A stretch of 64,000 nucleotides of DNA, from NCBI GenBank assembly GCA_965240325.2, contig OZ251225.1, positions 434,001 through 498,000 of the forward strand. Direction: 5' to 3'. This DNA comes from Rebecca billardiae RCC1528. Its lineage: Eukaryota > Protista > Haptophyta. A model generated the notes under the pieces. That model saw only the letters and a list, made by a program, of their open reading frames with translations. It was not told the DNA's origin and made no database searches. The position numbers were made by a program, and so were the translations under genes. Numbering within the stretch: the stretch's first letter is position 1; each line of letters begins with the position of its first letter. This document shows, piece by piece, positions 1-10,122 of the stretch.

Positions 1-801
1 GCCGACGACGATGAGCACGAAGATGGCGATGATCTCGAGGGTCTCTCGCGCGATGGTGTGAGCAGCGTGCTCGTGCGCATCCTGCGCATCGCGCGCGGCG
101 CCGAGCTCGCTGCTGTACTGCCAGCCCACCAGGACCAGCTGCTGCAGCCCGATGGAGCCGCAGACTGCGCACGTGGCGATGGCCTGCAGCGGCAGGATCA
201 TCGTGGCGAAGACCGGCACGGCCAGGACGTGCAGGAGGATGTCGTACCGTGCGACCGCGCGTGTCGCCGCCTGGAGCCTGCTGTTGAGTGCACCAACGTC
301 GTCACTGTCACTGTCGTCGGCACGGAAGACGACGACAAAGCACGCGGCTAACGCGAGCAGGAGCGCGACCGTGGTCAGCTCGACGATCGCGTTGGACAGA
401 CGCAGCTGCGCGGTGGCGGCGCCCATGGCAGCCATGGCAACGGAGGCAACCATCGCACCGACGGCCGTCCAAAGCGCGAAGCCTGACGTCGAGCCCTCTT
501 CTCGGGAGGTGCTCACTACGCGCGTGATGATCACGACTGCGAAGAGGAGCGCGTACAGAAAGCCGGTGACCACCAGGCGGCGCGGGTACTGCGTGAGGAT
601 CTCGCCTGCGAAGGCTTGCTCCTGCTCCTTGTCGGCGAATGTGAGCACGCGCGTGAAGCGCGGTGGCTCGACCCTGTCGCGGAAGCTCACAGCAGCAGAC
701 TCCGAGCCGAGCGGATGTGGTGCCGCGTGGCCAGCATTGGCCGGCTCGGGGTCGGCGGCGGCAACAGACGCATCCGCCGATGGATGAACGGTGGCACCCA
801 T
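1..801 (-). CDS. Multi-pass membrane protein, 5' part (runs off the left edge); resembles the membrane anchor of transmembrane nucleotide cyclases/PDEs/sensor kinases
   Basis: Absent from the ORF track because it has no stop in the window. Manual translation from ATG at 801: MGATVHPSADAS...RVLTFADKEQEQAFAGEILTQYPRRLVVTGFLYALLFAVVII... followed by about 6 hydrophobic segments; open to base 1. Confidence 0.7.
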   Translation of the reverse strand, partial: MGATVHPSADASVAAADPEPANAGHAAPHPLGSESAAVSFRDRVEPPRFTRVLTFADKEQEQAFAGEILTQYPRRLVVTGFLYALLFAVVIITRVVSTSREEGSTSGFALWTAVGAMVASVAMAAMGAATAQLRLSNAIVELTTVALLLALAACFVVVFRADDSDSDDVGALNSRLQAATRAVARYDILLHVLAVPVFATMILPLQAIATCAVCGSIGLQQLVLVGWQYSSELGAARDAQDAHEHAAHTIARETLEIIAIFVLIVVG

Positions 802-1535
802 GCGTGGGCGGCTCACGCCACCACGCGGCGTCCCCGTCATCGAGCCTCGCCCGGGTCCTAGTCGTCTACGCGCACGCACCACCGCCCCTTGGTTGCACTC
901 AGCAGCAGGGCACACCAACTTGCGGTGCTGCGCACCGGGGGCGCGTGATTCGATCGGTTCGTAACTTGGCAACTGGGCATCTGGAAGGCGGAAGCGTTGA
1001 GAGATCTGCAACCATCTGGGTATTGACAACCGGTATTCATGACTGTCGTGACGTTTCGACTTTCGCCCTCAGATTCGTGGATACACGAATCTGAAGGGAT
1101 ACTGTAATTGTTAGACAGAAGGCCTGGGACTATCATTATTTTCAAATGAGGCGGCCCTATGTATCTCCACAGGGGACCGGAGGGACGAGATGTTCTGAAG
1201 GCGCGTAGAATCAGCCACATTTATCATAATAATTATCGGCTGAAGTGGAGATCATATGACGTGATTTGCCGCTGATTTCTGCTCCTTCATCAAACAACTG
1301 CTGCGATACGCATCTTCAACATCAATCCAATGGCGTTCCCGGGATCCTGCCACGTGCACGGAGGCACCCCGCCCACACGCTCCCGCGCCTTTTCCCGTAT
1401 TCAAACGTACCCGCTTCAAATGAAGGAAGCTCGTTGCAATTATTATGATAGGAAGGTGGTTCAATTTGGCGTATGACCAATGCGGGGAACGCCCCTGAGT
1501 TTACCACTGCTTTTACTTGATCCTTCTCACCACAA

Positions 1536-1620
1536 TACCCCCATAAGATTACCACTATAAAATAAAGGCATGATGATTGATGAACGCACAGGAGAAGATC
1601 GCGAATCGGGTATAGGGGTA
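1536..1620. mobile_element. Tiny MITE-like relic with TA-CCCCCATA termini
   Basis: TACCCCCATA at 1536-1545 and TATAGGGGTA at 1611-1620 form a 9/10 inverted match. The same motif recurs at 43889, 47221 and (inverted) 47728-47739. Confidence 0.4.
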
Positions 1621-1797
1621 CTGAGCCAATGCTGATGAGATACCGCTGATTATCGATTACTCGAAGCATCAGCATCACTTTTTGTGAGTCCCACCCACCA
1701 ACCGGCGTGTACCGGTAGGGACGGTAACGGTCGCTCGGCCGAAAAAGCGGGGATCATTAACCGAATCAAATCAAATCATCTGCATGGCAGCCAACGC

Positions 1798-3183
1798 ATG
1801 CTCGGGTCGGCCCTCCGACGCGTCGACGAGGGCGAGCCACCCCTTCTCGGGTTGCGGTGGGTCCCCTCCGAGGTGCGCCTCGTGCGCGCCGAGGCTGAGC
1901 CTGGCCACGCCACCTCCCAGCTCGAGCTTGAGGAGCAGCTTCGCGAGGCGCATTCCGCGCTGCGCGTGAAGGACAAGCAGATCCGGTGGCTCAAGGAGCT
2001 GGCTGTGGACGAGGACACCGAGGCGCGGGGGCAGGAGCACGAGCAGGAGGTCGCGCAGATCCGCGCCGTGGCGGAGTGGCGCCACAACGTGCTGCGGCTG
2101 CGCCTCTCCAAGCTCGCGCTGGCGCTGCGCGCGCTCGAGGCGCAGGGCGCAGGTGAGCGCGCACGGCTCGACCAGCTTGCACGCGAGCGCGAGGAGAGCG
2201 TCCGCCGCCTGGTGCTCGAGGAGCACCGCACAGAGCACTGGCTCGGCGTCAGGTCTGACACGCGGCGGCGCGCGCAGGCCCTTCGATCGTGGCTCTCCCA
2301 CGCGCGCCAGAGCCACGAGAGCCTCGCACGGCTCGGCCTCGGCGCACGGGCGCGCGCTCGCACCGCGTGGCTCCGCTTCCGCTCGGCCTCGCGCGCGGCC
2401 GGCCGTCTCGATGCGCGCGCGCGCCGGCGCTCGCCGCACGGGCGGTCGAATTCTGGACCATCCAACGCGCTCGCGCTCGCGCGGCCGTACGTGGCTCTCT
2501 GGCGCGCCCGCTGCCTTGCGCGCGCGCGCTTGGCGAGACAGGCCGCCGGCTGGCACGATGCCGCACGCGCGCGCGGCGCCGTGGCCAGCGCGTTTTCAGG
2601 CCTGGTGCTCGCCGCGCTCCGCGCAGTGCGGGCGAGCGAGGCGCAGGCCAAGGAAGAAGTGCTACGACTCCACGCGCTGCTGGTGGACGCATCTAGCGCA
2701 TCGGCTGACGCGCAATCAGCGGCGCAAGCGCAGGCCGCCCTCGTAGCCCGCGACCTGGACAGCTGGCGGGCACGCGTGCGCACGCGCCTCGCGGCTGCCG
2801 AGAGCTTGCTGCTCGGGGAGGGCGGCGTGGACGCGATGGCGGCGGCGATATTGAGCGAAGCGACTCCAGACGATGGCGCGAGAGACGTGTCGTCGGTGTG
2901 CTTGACCGCGATCGACGCAATGCGCGTGCAGCTCGCTCGCGTGCGCGCGCGAGAGCAGACGGCTGCGCACGCGCAGCAGCACGCCGAGCAGGCGCACGGA
3001 GAGGCGCTGCGGCAGGCGAGCACACTTCTCCGCCAGCTCTCCGCGGCGGATCAATGCGCTTCGCACACGCTGAGCGACGTGGCTCGCACGCTGGCCCGAC
3101 AGCACAGAGAGCGCCGCCAAGAGCGCGAGATGCAGGTGATGCGGCTCATGACTGTCAGTGGCCCGACAGCATTGCAGCAGTAG
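1798..3183 (+). CDS. Hypothetical coiled-coil protein (possible Sfi1-like W-containing repeats)
   Basis: Long ORF with coding-like codon bias from ATG 1798; E/Q/R/L-rich heptads and motifs such as ALRSWLSHA, RTAWLRFR and VALWRARC. Confidence 0.65.
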   Translation: MLGSALRRVDEGEPPLLGLRWVPSEVRLVRAEAEPGHATSQLELEEQLREAHSALRVKDKQIRWLKELAVDEDTEARGQEHEQEVAQIRAVAEWRHNVLRLRLSKLALALRALEAQGAGERARLDQLAREREESVRRLVLEEHRTEHWLGVRSDTRRRAQALRSWLSHARQSHESLARLGLGARARARTAWLRFRSASRAAGRLDARARRRSPHGRSNSGPSNALALARPYVALWRARCLARARLARQAAGWHDAARARGAVASAFSGLVLAALRAVRASEAQAKEEVLRLHALLVDASSASADAQSAAQAQAALVARDLDSWRARVRTRLAAAESLLLGEGGVDAMAAAILSEATPDDGARDVSSVCLTAIDAMRVQLARVRAREQTAAHAQQHAEQAHGEALRQASTLLRQLSAADQCASHTLSDVARTLARQHRERRQEREMQVMRLMTVSGPTALQQ

Positions 3184-3636
3184 CACCTTCACGGCTTCAC
3201 CCCGAGCACGGCCGAGCAGGAGCCAGGACCCGCCGCCGGCGCCGCCCAGCCCCGCGGCCGAGCTTGGGCCTCAGTGGTAGGCATAGACCGTACCGGATAC
3301 CGCGGCATCGGCGGCCCTACGGGCTCGGGGTGAGTCGCCGGGTGTGCGCGATGACGACTGACTACTTTTGCAGGGCACTGATGGGCACCCCGTTATGCCG
3401 CAGTCACTGGCACTGGCCAGTGGCCACTGCCACTGGCCAGGGCGGTGCGCACCGCACAGGCGCGCGCTCCGAGCGACCGTCGACAGCCGCTTTTTTTCGT
3501 CGTGAAGATTTTCGCCGTGATTTTATTTTCGTCAACATCGTCATCAACTACGGTATCATTACTATCATACAATAACCAACATCATACAACCATCATTATC
3601 ATTATTATTCATCACTCATCAGTCGATGGGTGCACG

Positions 3637-4665
3637 ATGCGCGTCGCGATCTTGGGCGCTGGCGGCGTCGGCCTCTGGATGGGCTCTCGTCTCGCTCTGG
3701 CCGGAGTAGTGCAGCCGGCAATCATCGCGCGAGGCGAGACATTGCGCGCCCTGCGCGCCTCAGGCCTCCTGGTGCTCGACCGGGATGCGAACGAGGCGAA
3801 GCCAATCGCCAAGCTTGCGCAGACGCAGCTGGAGGTGGTGGCACACCCGCGAGAGCTCAGTGGAGAGGTTGACGCGCTCCTCGTCACGGTGAAGACGTGG
3901 CAGCTCGAGGCCTGCCTGCCTCAGATTGTCGATACGTTGCGCGCGTCGCCGGGGGCCGTCGTGATCCCATTCTGCAACGGCGTGACTGCGACTGAGGTGA
4001 TTCGAGACGCTCTGCGGTCCTCTGATCTCCCCGGAGCGGCAGAGCGTGTGGTGAGTGGCATCGCCAAGTGCATCGCGTACGTTGGAAGACCCGGAACAGT
4101 CGTCTTGCAACGGGAGATCGGCGTGCAGCTCGGCCCGGGGGGCGCCACGCTCGACCAGAAGAAGCTTGCCATCCTCTCCGGCGTGCGCGATGCACTTGCG
4201 CACGCCGGCATCTCCGCCGCGCTGGAGGAGTCCCCCGACACGATGACGGCCGAGCTCTGGCGCAAGTTCCTTGTCACGGGCTGCCTTGGCCCGATCAGCG
4301 CCGCCACGCGTGCACCCATCGACGTGATCCTCTCGATGCCGGAGACGCGTGCCCTGTCGCTGGACTCGATGAACGAAGCCATGGCAGTTGGCGCAGCCCT
4401 CGGCGTCAATCTGCCCGCAGACACGCCGCAGAAAACACTGGACTACATCGCCGGGCACGCGGAACCGGGTGCCACGTACTCTACGACCCGAGACGTCGTA
4501 GGCGGGCGACCGTCCGAGATTCTCGAGTTCTGCGGCACACTCGTCGAACTGGGCGCCAAGCATGGCGTTCCCACCCCTGTACACTCGCAGCTGCTGGCGA
4601 CGCTGCTGCCTCAGGAGCGGCTCGCGCGCGGCGAGATCACGTACACGCTGACCGGCGCCAACTGA
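3637..4665 (+). CDS. panE: 2-dehydropantoate 2-reductase (ketopantoate reductase, ApbA/PanE family)
   Basis: MRVAILGAGGVG Rossmann motif, LLVTVKTWQL, PFCNG, ELWRKFL, YSTTRDVVGGRPSE, GVPTPVH; no introns. Confidence 0.92.
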   Translation: MRVAILGAGGVGLWMGSRLALAGVVQPAIIARGETLRALRASGLLVLDRDANEAKPIAKLAQTQLEVVAHPRELSGEVDALLVTVKTWQLEACLPQIVDTLRASPGAVVIPFCNGVTATEVIRDALRSSDLPGAAERVVSGIAKCIAYVGRPGTVVLQREIGVQLGPGGATLDQKKLAILSGVRDALAHAGISAALEESPDTMTAELWRKFLVTGCLGPISAATRAPIDVILSMPETRALSLDSMNEAMAVGAALGVNLPADTPQKTLDYIAGHAEPGATYSTTRDVVGGRPSEILEFCGTLVELGAKHGVPTPVHSQLLATLLPQERLARGEITYTLTGAN

Positions 4666-4995
4666 TCGACTTGCCGCTGCACGCGCCGTGCCATTCCTCG
4701 CTGACTCGAACTGTGACTCTCCGTACTCGTGCACGGTGCAGGCGCGGCGCCGCCGAGCAAAGCCCACGGCGCGGCGCGATGCCAAGGCGCGCCTCAGGCG
4801 CGGGACCGGGCCTGGTGCCTGGTGGGCACCGGTGCCAGCGACAACTCATAGTCGACTCGATCTTAGGAGTTTAAGAAGCCCATCGACATCGTCCCCGGCC
4901 GCCGATCGGACAGCACACTGTCAGCGCGTGCTGGATAGCTAGTCACTCAGTGCTGCCGACTAGTACTGACTAAGCTGTCAAGCAGCAGATGTTAA

Positions 4996-5299
4996 TGTCA
5001 GACTGGCCACCAGTCCTCGGAGACACCGTTCCACAGGAGTCGCGGGTAAGTTTCCGCATCTACCCGTACGTACCGGCGGAGGCACGATCCGGCGGCACTA
5101 TATCTCGGCCAGTCCGGAGCCCCGCATTGAACTCCCTGGGAGTTTGGGGCTGCCTGAGCCCTGACCGCCCATCATCCGATGATGTGACCCCGTCCGCCTG
5201 CCCCTTCGGGGCCGGTCCTTAGCCCGCCTGGTCGCTTCCGGTGGACCTATCGCCCACACGCGCGGTAGGGAGCACCCACGCTTCTTCTTCAGTCTAACA
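4996..5299 (+). repeat. 5' LTR
   Basis: TGTCAGACT...AGTCTAACA; identical to 6206-6509 by manual comparison. Confidence 0.95.
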
Positions 5300-5310
5300 T
5301 GGTATCGGAG
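5300..5310 (+). promoter_or_regulatory. Primer-binding site for tRNA-iMet
   Basis: TGGTATCGGAG directly after the 5' LTR, one change from the common TGGTATCAGAG iMet PBS. Confidence 0.8.
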
Positions 5311-6205
5311 TCAGCAACGAGACGCGCTCGTTACCGGATCCGACCTCGCTGGCGCAAGGAACGCGCTCGCGCGCATCGCGCGTTGCGAGCCCGCGCGACG
5401 ATTCACATCTGAGTCGGATGGTCCAAGGCAGGCTAGCCCAACCGCGGCAGCCTTCAAGGAGGAGGTGTTGACGTACCTCATTCCGACGACATTCGCGTCG
5501 TCATCGTGCGCCGAGTCGCACGCCCTGCTCAGATGCAGGAGGAGTCTCGACACCAAGTCGATTGACTTCATGAATGCAGCCCTCGACCGCCAAGATGGCC
5601 GAGCAGCTTGCAAGGAGGAGATGAGGCGCGATCTACGCCTTCACTAGGCGACAGCGGATACGATCACGTCGGTCGACACCGCGCGCCGCTCGATCATCTC
5701 CGCGCTCGCTATGTGCAGCTTCTTCGTGACACGCGGTTGCAAGGCAACGTCATTCTGCGGCCGAAGCCGACACAAGGTTCTACGCGTGAGACCAGTCCAT
5801 GTCCCATTGCACCAGCCCACACGCGGTGGTGCACCGTCGCCGTCGACGCGACCCATCGAGGAGGAGCAGGCAGGTGGATCTCGGTAAGTCCACAGCAGCT
5901 GGCACGACCACACGATCGCTCGATCAACTGCCTGGGGCACCACGCCCCCGTCGACGCCCGAGCCGAGCCCGAGCCTGGTCAGCCAGCTCGGCAGGCGTCC
6001 ATTCACTGGAGTACGACTGCTCGGACGGATTCGCGAGCAACTCCAGACGTCCCTCGATCGCTGCTGCGATTCGCAGCTTCCGGACAGCTTGGCAGCTAGA
6101 CAGTCGGGCACGCACACGCACGCTCGCCTTACGCCCCCACTCACACTTACGCACACGCGCACGCGCACTCAGGCAACGCACCTCGCTGTGGTCGGTGAGG
6201 AGGAG

Positions 6206-6509
6206 TGTCAGACTGGCCACCAGTCCTCGGAGACACCGTTCCACAGGAGTCGCGGGTAAGTTTCCGCATCTACCCGTACGTACCGGCGGAGGCACGATCC
6301 GGCGGCACTATATCTCGGCCAGTCCGGAGCCCCGCATTGAACTCCCTGGGAGTTTGGGGCTGCCTGAGCCCTGACCGCCCATCATCCGATGATGTGACCC
6401 CGTCCGCCTGCCCCTTCGGGGCCGGTCCTTAGCCCGCCTGGTCGCTTCCGGTGGACCTATCGCCCACACGCGCGGTAGGGAGCACCCACGCTTCTTCTTC
6501 AGTCTAACA
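6206..6509 (+). repeat. 3' LTR
   Basis: Identical copy of 4996-5299; preceded by the polypurine tract and followed by TSD GTTAA. Confidence 0.95.
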
Positions 6510-6861
6510 GTTAATTGTCATTTAAATGATGTCATCAGCAATGAGCAGATGAATTGATGATGATGATGTGATGATGTCTTCGGATCGGATGTCGTCATGT
6601 CACACTGGACCGATCGCGGATCTCATGATGATGCGCACGGCGGACCGTGATGGGCTGATCAATGGCGTCGTCAGCATTCCTTTATTTTATTGATAATAAT
6701 ATGTACGACCTATTATAATAATCATCGGACCATCGTATGTACAGATGACTCTACTCATTGATGAGTTATTGAAACTTGATTGAGCGGCGCGCAGCCTGCG
6801 GCGCCGGATGTCGTCGGACTGAATCTGCTGACGTGACGATGATGTGCATCACGCCGCGTCG

Positions 6862-7746
6862 TCACGAGCTGTCGCCACCATCGGCCCCAGAATCGTCGTC
6901 ACTGTCGTCTCCATACGCGTCGAGACCAGGGAGCCGGGGGGGCGCCTCGCTGGTTGCGGGCGCCGGCTTGGCCTTGGCAGCAGTGGCTGGCGACGGCTCG
7001 GTCGAATGCTGCGAGCCCTCGCGCGCTTTCTTCGAGACGACGCGCACGGCCACCGCGGACGGCAGCGCTGCTTTCCTCTTGGCAGTGGGGGCCGGCGCGC
7101 CTGGGACCGCAGCAGCCCCGGCCCGCGGCGGCGCTGGGGCAAGCCCAGGCAGCACAGCCGCCGGCTCTGAGGCTGGCTTCGTGCGCATGAGCATCGCAAG
7201 CCGATAGCGCTCGAGGTCCTCGTCCTCCTCGCTCTTCTTCCGAGCCGACGCCTCATGCAGGCGCTCCACGCGCTCGCGCTCGAAGGCTGCGTCGTCCTCA
7301 TCAAGCCGCCAGTGCGACATCTGGTTCTTGAACGTGTTCGCATGCTCCCACTCCTCCTGCTTCTTGTCCTTTTGCTCCTTGAGCTTCTCGTACAGCGTGC
7401 GATTGTCAACCTGCGGCACCTCCTCCTCCTCCTCGCCGACGATCGAGATCTTGTCCACCGCAACGAGCGCTTCGACGCCGTCATCGAACGCGATCCGCCA
7501 GGATGCGTCGTCGACGTGCTCCAGGAGCCGGCCCTGCCCGTACCGCCCAATCACGCGGACCCGCGCGCCAACGCTGAGCTGCTCTGCGAGCCGTTTGGGC
7601 TTGCGCAGTCCCCCCGCCTCTGCCTGCTCGAGCTGCTCGACCGTGTGCTTGCCCGACGAGCCGAAGCGCTCGTTGAGCATGTCCTGCGGCCCACCCGACG
7701 CGGTATGCGTCTTGAAGACATCCCGCACGTCGCGGCCCGACGCCAT
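6862..7746 (-). CDS. FAM192A/Fyv6 (PSME3-interacting protein, NIP30) family protein
   Basis: DNRTLYEKLKEQKDKKQEEWEHANTFKNQM...LDEDDAAF matches the FAM192A_Fyv6_N signature; C-terminal GLDAYGDDSDDD; ATG at 7746. Confidence 0.8.
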   Translation of the reverse strand: MASGRDVRDVFKTHTASGGPQDMLNERFGSSGKHTVEQLEQAEAGGLRKPKRLAEQLSVGARVRVIGRYGQGRLLEHVDDASWRIAFDDGVEALVAVDKISIVGEEEEEVPQVDNRTLYEKLKEQKDKKQEEWEHANTFKNQMSHWRLDEDDAAFERERVERLHEASARKKSEEDEDLERYRLAMLMRTKPASEPAAVLPGLAPAPPRAGAAAVPGAPAPTAKRKAALPSAVAVRVVSKKAREGSQHSTEPSPATAAKAKPAPATSEAPPRLPGLDAYGDDSDDDSGADGGDSS

Positions 7747-7836
7747 GCTGAAAGGCACTGGTCGGCACTCGGCAGCGCATCGAAACACCAGCGAGCGGGG
7801 AGCTGCGTCGACGTGCGCGCGAACACGACGAGCGAC

Positions 7837-8564
7837 ATGGACGAATCGGGAGGTGTTGATGAAGAGCTCATCGGCGACGACGGTGACGCCATGGCTGACC
7901 TCACTGGTGAGCCCGTGGACGAGGTAACGCGCCACCCGCGTGCGCCGGCGCACTGCAGGCTCTGCGAGAGCTGCCGCTCGCGCAGCTGACTGACGCGCGA
8001 CCGCGCTTGGTTCTTGCTGGCGACCAGGACCTCGCGGCCATGCAGTCCAAGCTCGACGAGATGGAGCAGGAGGCCGAGAAGCTCAAGAAGATGCAGGACG
8101 AGGTCGAAGAGCAGATCATGGGCGGTGGTGCTGACGGTAGCGACGCAGCTCAGGCCGCTTCGGAGGAGATCGACATGCGCTCCATCTATGTCGGCAACGT
8201 GGACTATGCGGCCACGCCCGAGGAGCTCCACGAGCATTTTCAGTCGGTTGGGACCGTGAACCGCGTCACCATCCTGTGCGACAAGTTCCGCAACCCCAAG
8301 GGGTACGCGTACATCGAGTTTGCCGAGAAGGAGGCCGTCGAGACATCGCTCTCACTCAACGAGTCTGTCTTCAAGGGACGGCCGCTCAAGGTGACGGCCA
8401 AGCGGACGAACATCTTCGGCTTCAATCGCGGCGGCGGCGGCGGTCGTGCTCGTGGGCACGGGCCGGCGTTCCGCGGGCGTGGCAGCGGGCGAGGCTTCCA
8501 TCCCTACGCGCGCGGGCCGCGGGGACGTGGCAGGCGAGGCGCGCCGCGCGGAGGCTACTACTGA
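7837..8564 (+). CDS. PABPN1: Nuclear poly(A)-binding protein 2; exons 7837-7923 and 8028-8564
   Basis: Acidic N-terminus, coiled coil (KLDEMEQEAEKLKKMQ), RRM with RSIYVGNVDY and KGYAYIEF, KRTN, RG-rich tail; GT-AG intron 7924-8027. Confidence 0.92.
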
Positions 8565-9913
8565 TGCTGTGGTTCCAAGCACGACGCACCCAGCAGGGGA
8601 CTCGTGGCGTCGTGTGCCCGGTGGTGACCAAACGAGGGCGTGGTCGCGCGGACGGACCTCGTTGGGCACGAGTAAATGATTTCACGCACTCGACCTTCTG
8701 TGCTCCCGGTTCACAGCACGAAGCCCCTGTGTAGCCTGTGAGCCCCGCGATCGGCGGGCGGTCGGGCCGACCGTCCCGGAGTCCGCGGCCGCGGGCCCAT
8801 ACCAGGGGCCGCGGGGTCAGTCGGACCATGATGAACAATTCGGCCGTGTCTACTTCGGACCCGCCAGCAGCCAATCATCAAAATTCGTGAAGCGTAAGGC
8901 TCCAGCCGAGTCCCGGCCCGGAGGTCCGAGGCCCAGACCGGCCGACCGGGTGGCCGATGGCCGTCCGGCGGCCGGACCGCCGTACTCGTAGGCCGCGCCG
9001 GACGGCACGGCCACGGCGCCGGCGCGTGATGGCCGCGTGAGCACGCCGCGCGGGCTGCAGCACTGTCCGACTCTGCACGGTCGTAGTTCGAGAGGGCGGC
9101 CCCGGGGCTCGGCCGACCCAACTGGTGGACTTGTTGAGCCCTAGTGGCGGTCTCGACCGAGCTTGGCAGGTGTGTGTGTGTGCCTGTGTGTGTTAATCTG
9201 ATATATACTATATCAGATACAGGCGACTACTATGTCTAACTATTGGGATGTATTTGCCGATTCTGCGCGCCGGCCCGGCGAGTGAAGGACGCGAGGTGCA
9301 GCAGGCGGCGAGCCCGGCGATGAGACTCCGAGGGCGAGTCAGCGGCCGCACCCGCGCCCGCGACCGCGCCCACGCCCGCGCCCACGACCCCTACTTCTGC
9401 CACGGCTCGCGCTTGCACTGCCAGCAGCGCTGCGGCATCGTCTCACGCAGACCACGTCTGCCGACGCGGCGACTGCGGCAGCCTCGCGGCGAGCGGACGA
9501 GCGGTGGCTGCCGCAGCACAGTAGTCGGCTGCAAGCAGCTTCTGCGACGAGATCATGCCCAGACAGAGTCAAGCCGACCTCGTTGGGGTACCATACGTTC
9601 TGCCCGAGTGGTGAATAATCTTTTGCCGAAAAAGAAAAAAGGGATGAATGAATATATATATATATATATGTATTCATTTATTCATTTATTATTCGTCGTA
9701 GTCGGCCACTGGCCGATGAACGGGCAAAACTGGGCATCCTGTGGCCGACGGGTTGGCCGACGCCCGTCGAGGCTTGATTCGCACACAGCCCCACGGTTTC
9801 TAGCAGCAGGTCAAACGGACAAACACGGGGCACGCGGGCCACTCCGCGCCGCCGGACCGCATCTAGGCGCATTGCCCGACTGGCCGCTCGGCGCGGTAGA
9901 TACGGATACTAAC

Positions 9914-9968
9914 TAGATAGATAGATATAGATAGATAGATCGATAGATCTAGACGATAGATAGATATA
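9914..9968. repeat. Imperfect (GATA)n microsatellite
   Basis: tagatagatagatatagatagatagatcgatagat... Confidence 0.8.
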
Positions 9969-10122
9969 GGCCATTTAATTACATTGAGGGAAATTCCGCC
10001 CCTCATATATTAGGTACCCGCCGACCGGAGCGCAACGGTATCACAGGCTCCGCCGGTACTCGCCACTCGGCACTGCTGGCCGTACTTGTTTGCAGGCTTG
10101 TCGTCGGACACTGTAATCTGTA

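Larger units (their letters stand above)
4996..6509 (+). mobile_element. Non-autonomous Copia-type LTR retrotransposon (TRIM-like), 1514 bp
   Basis: Two identical 304 bp LTRs (4996-5299, 6206-6509) with TG...CA ends; PBS TGGTATCGGAG at 5300-5310; purine tract GAGGAGGAG just before the 3' LTR; 5 bp TSD GTTAA at 4991-4995 and 6510-6514; no intact ORF inside. Confidence 0.95.

Noticed and set aside
1322-1678. ORF containing QVKAVVNSGAFPALV, reminiscent of an ARM/importin-alpha repeat
   Set aside because: The match is only about 15 aa in AT-rich spacer DNA overlapping a MITE-like relic; there is no supporting context.
4996-5299. Retrozyme (hammerhead) or Cassandra (5S) identity for the LTR element
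   Set aside because: No CTGANGA/GAAA core, HDV fold or 5S similarity was found by eye on either strand.
5311-6205. gag/RNase H ORFs inside the LTR element
   Set aside because: Only short broken frames with faint resemblance (DGRAA, LRARY); not assignable without a search.
8740-9600. Possible hAT end (TTGAGCCCTAG at about 9135) and a P/T/A-rich coding fragment
   Set aside because: No matching left TIR and no coherent reading frame.
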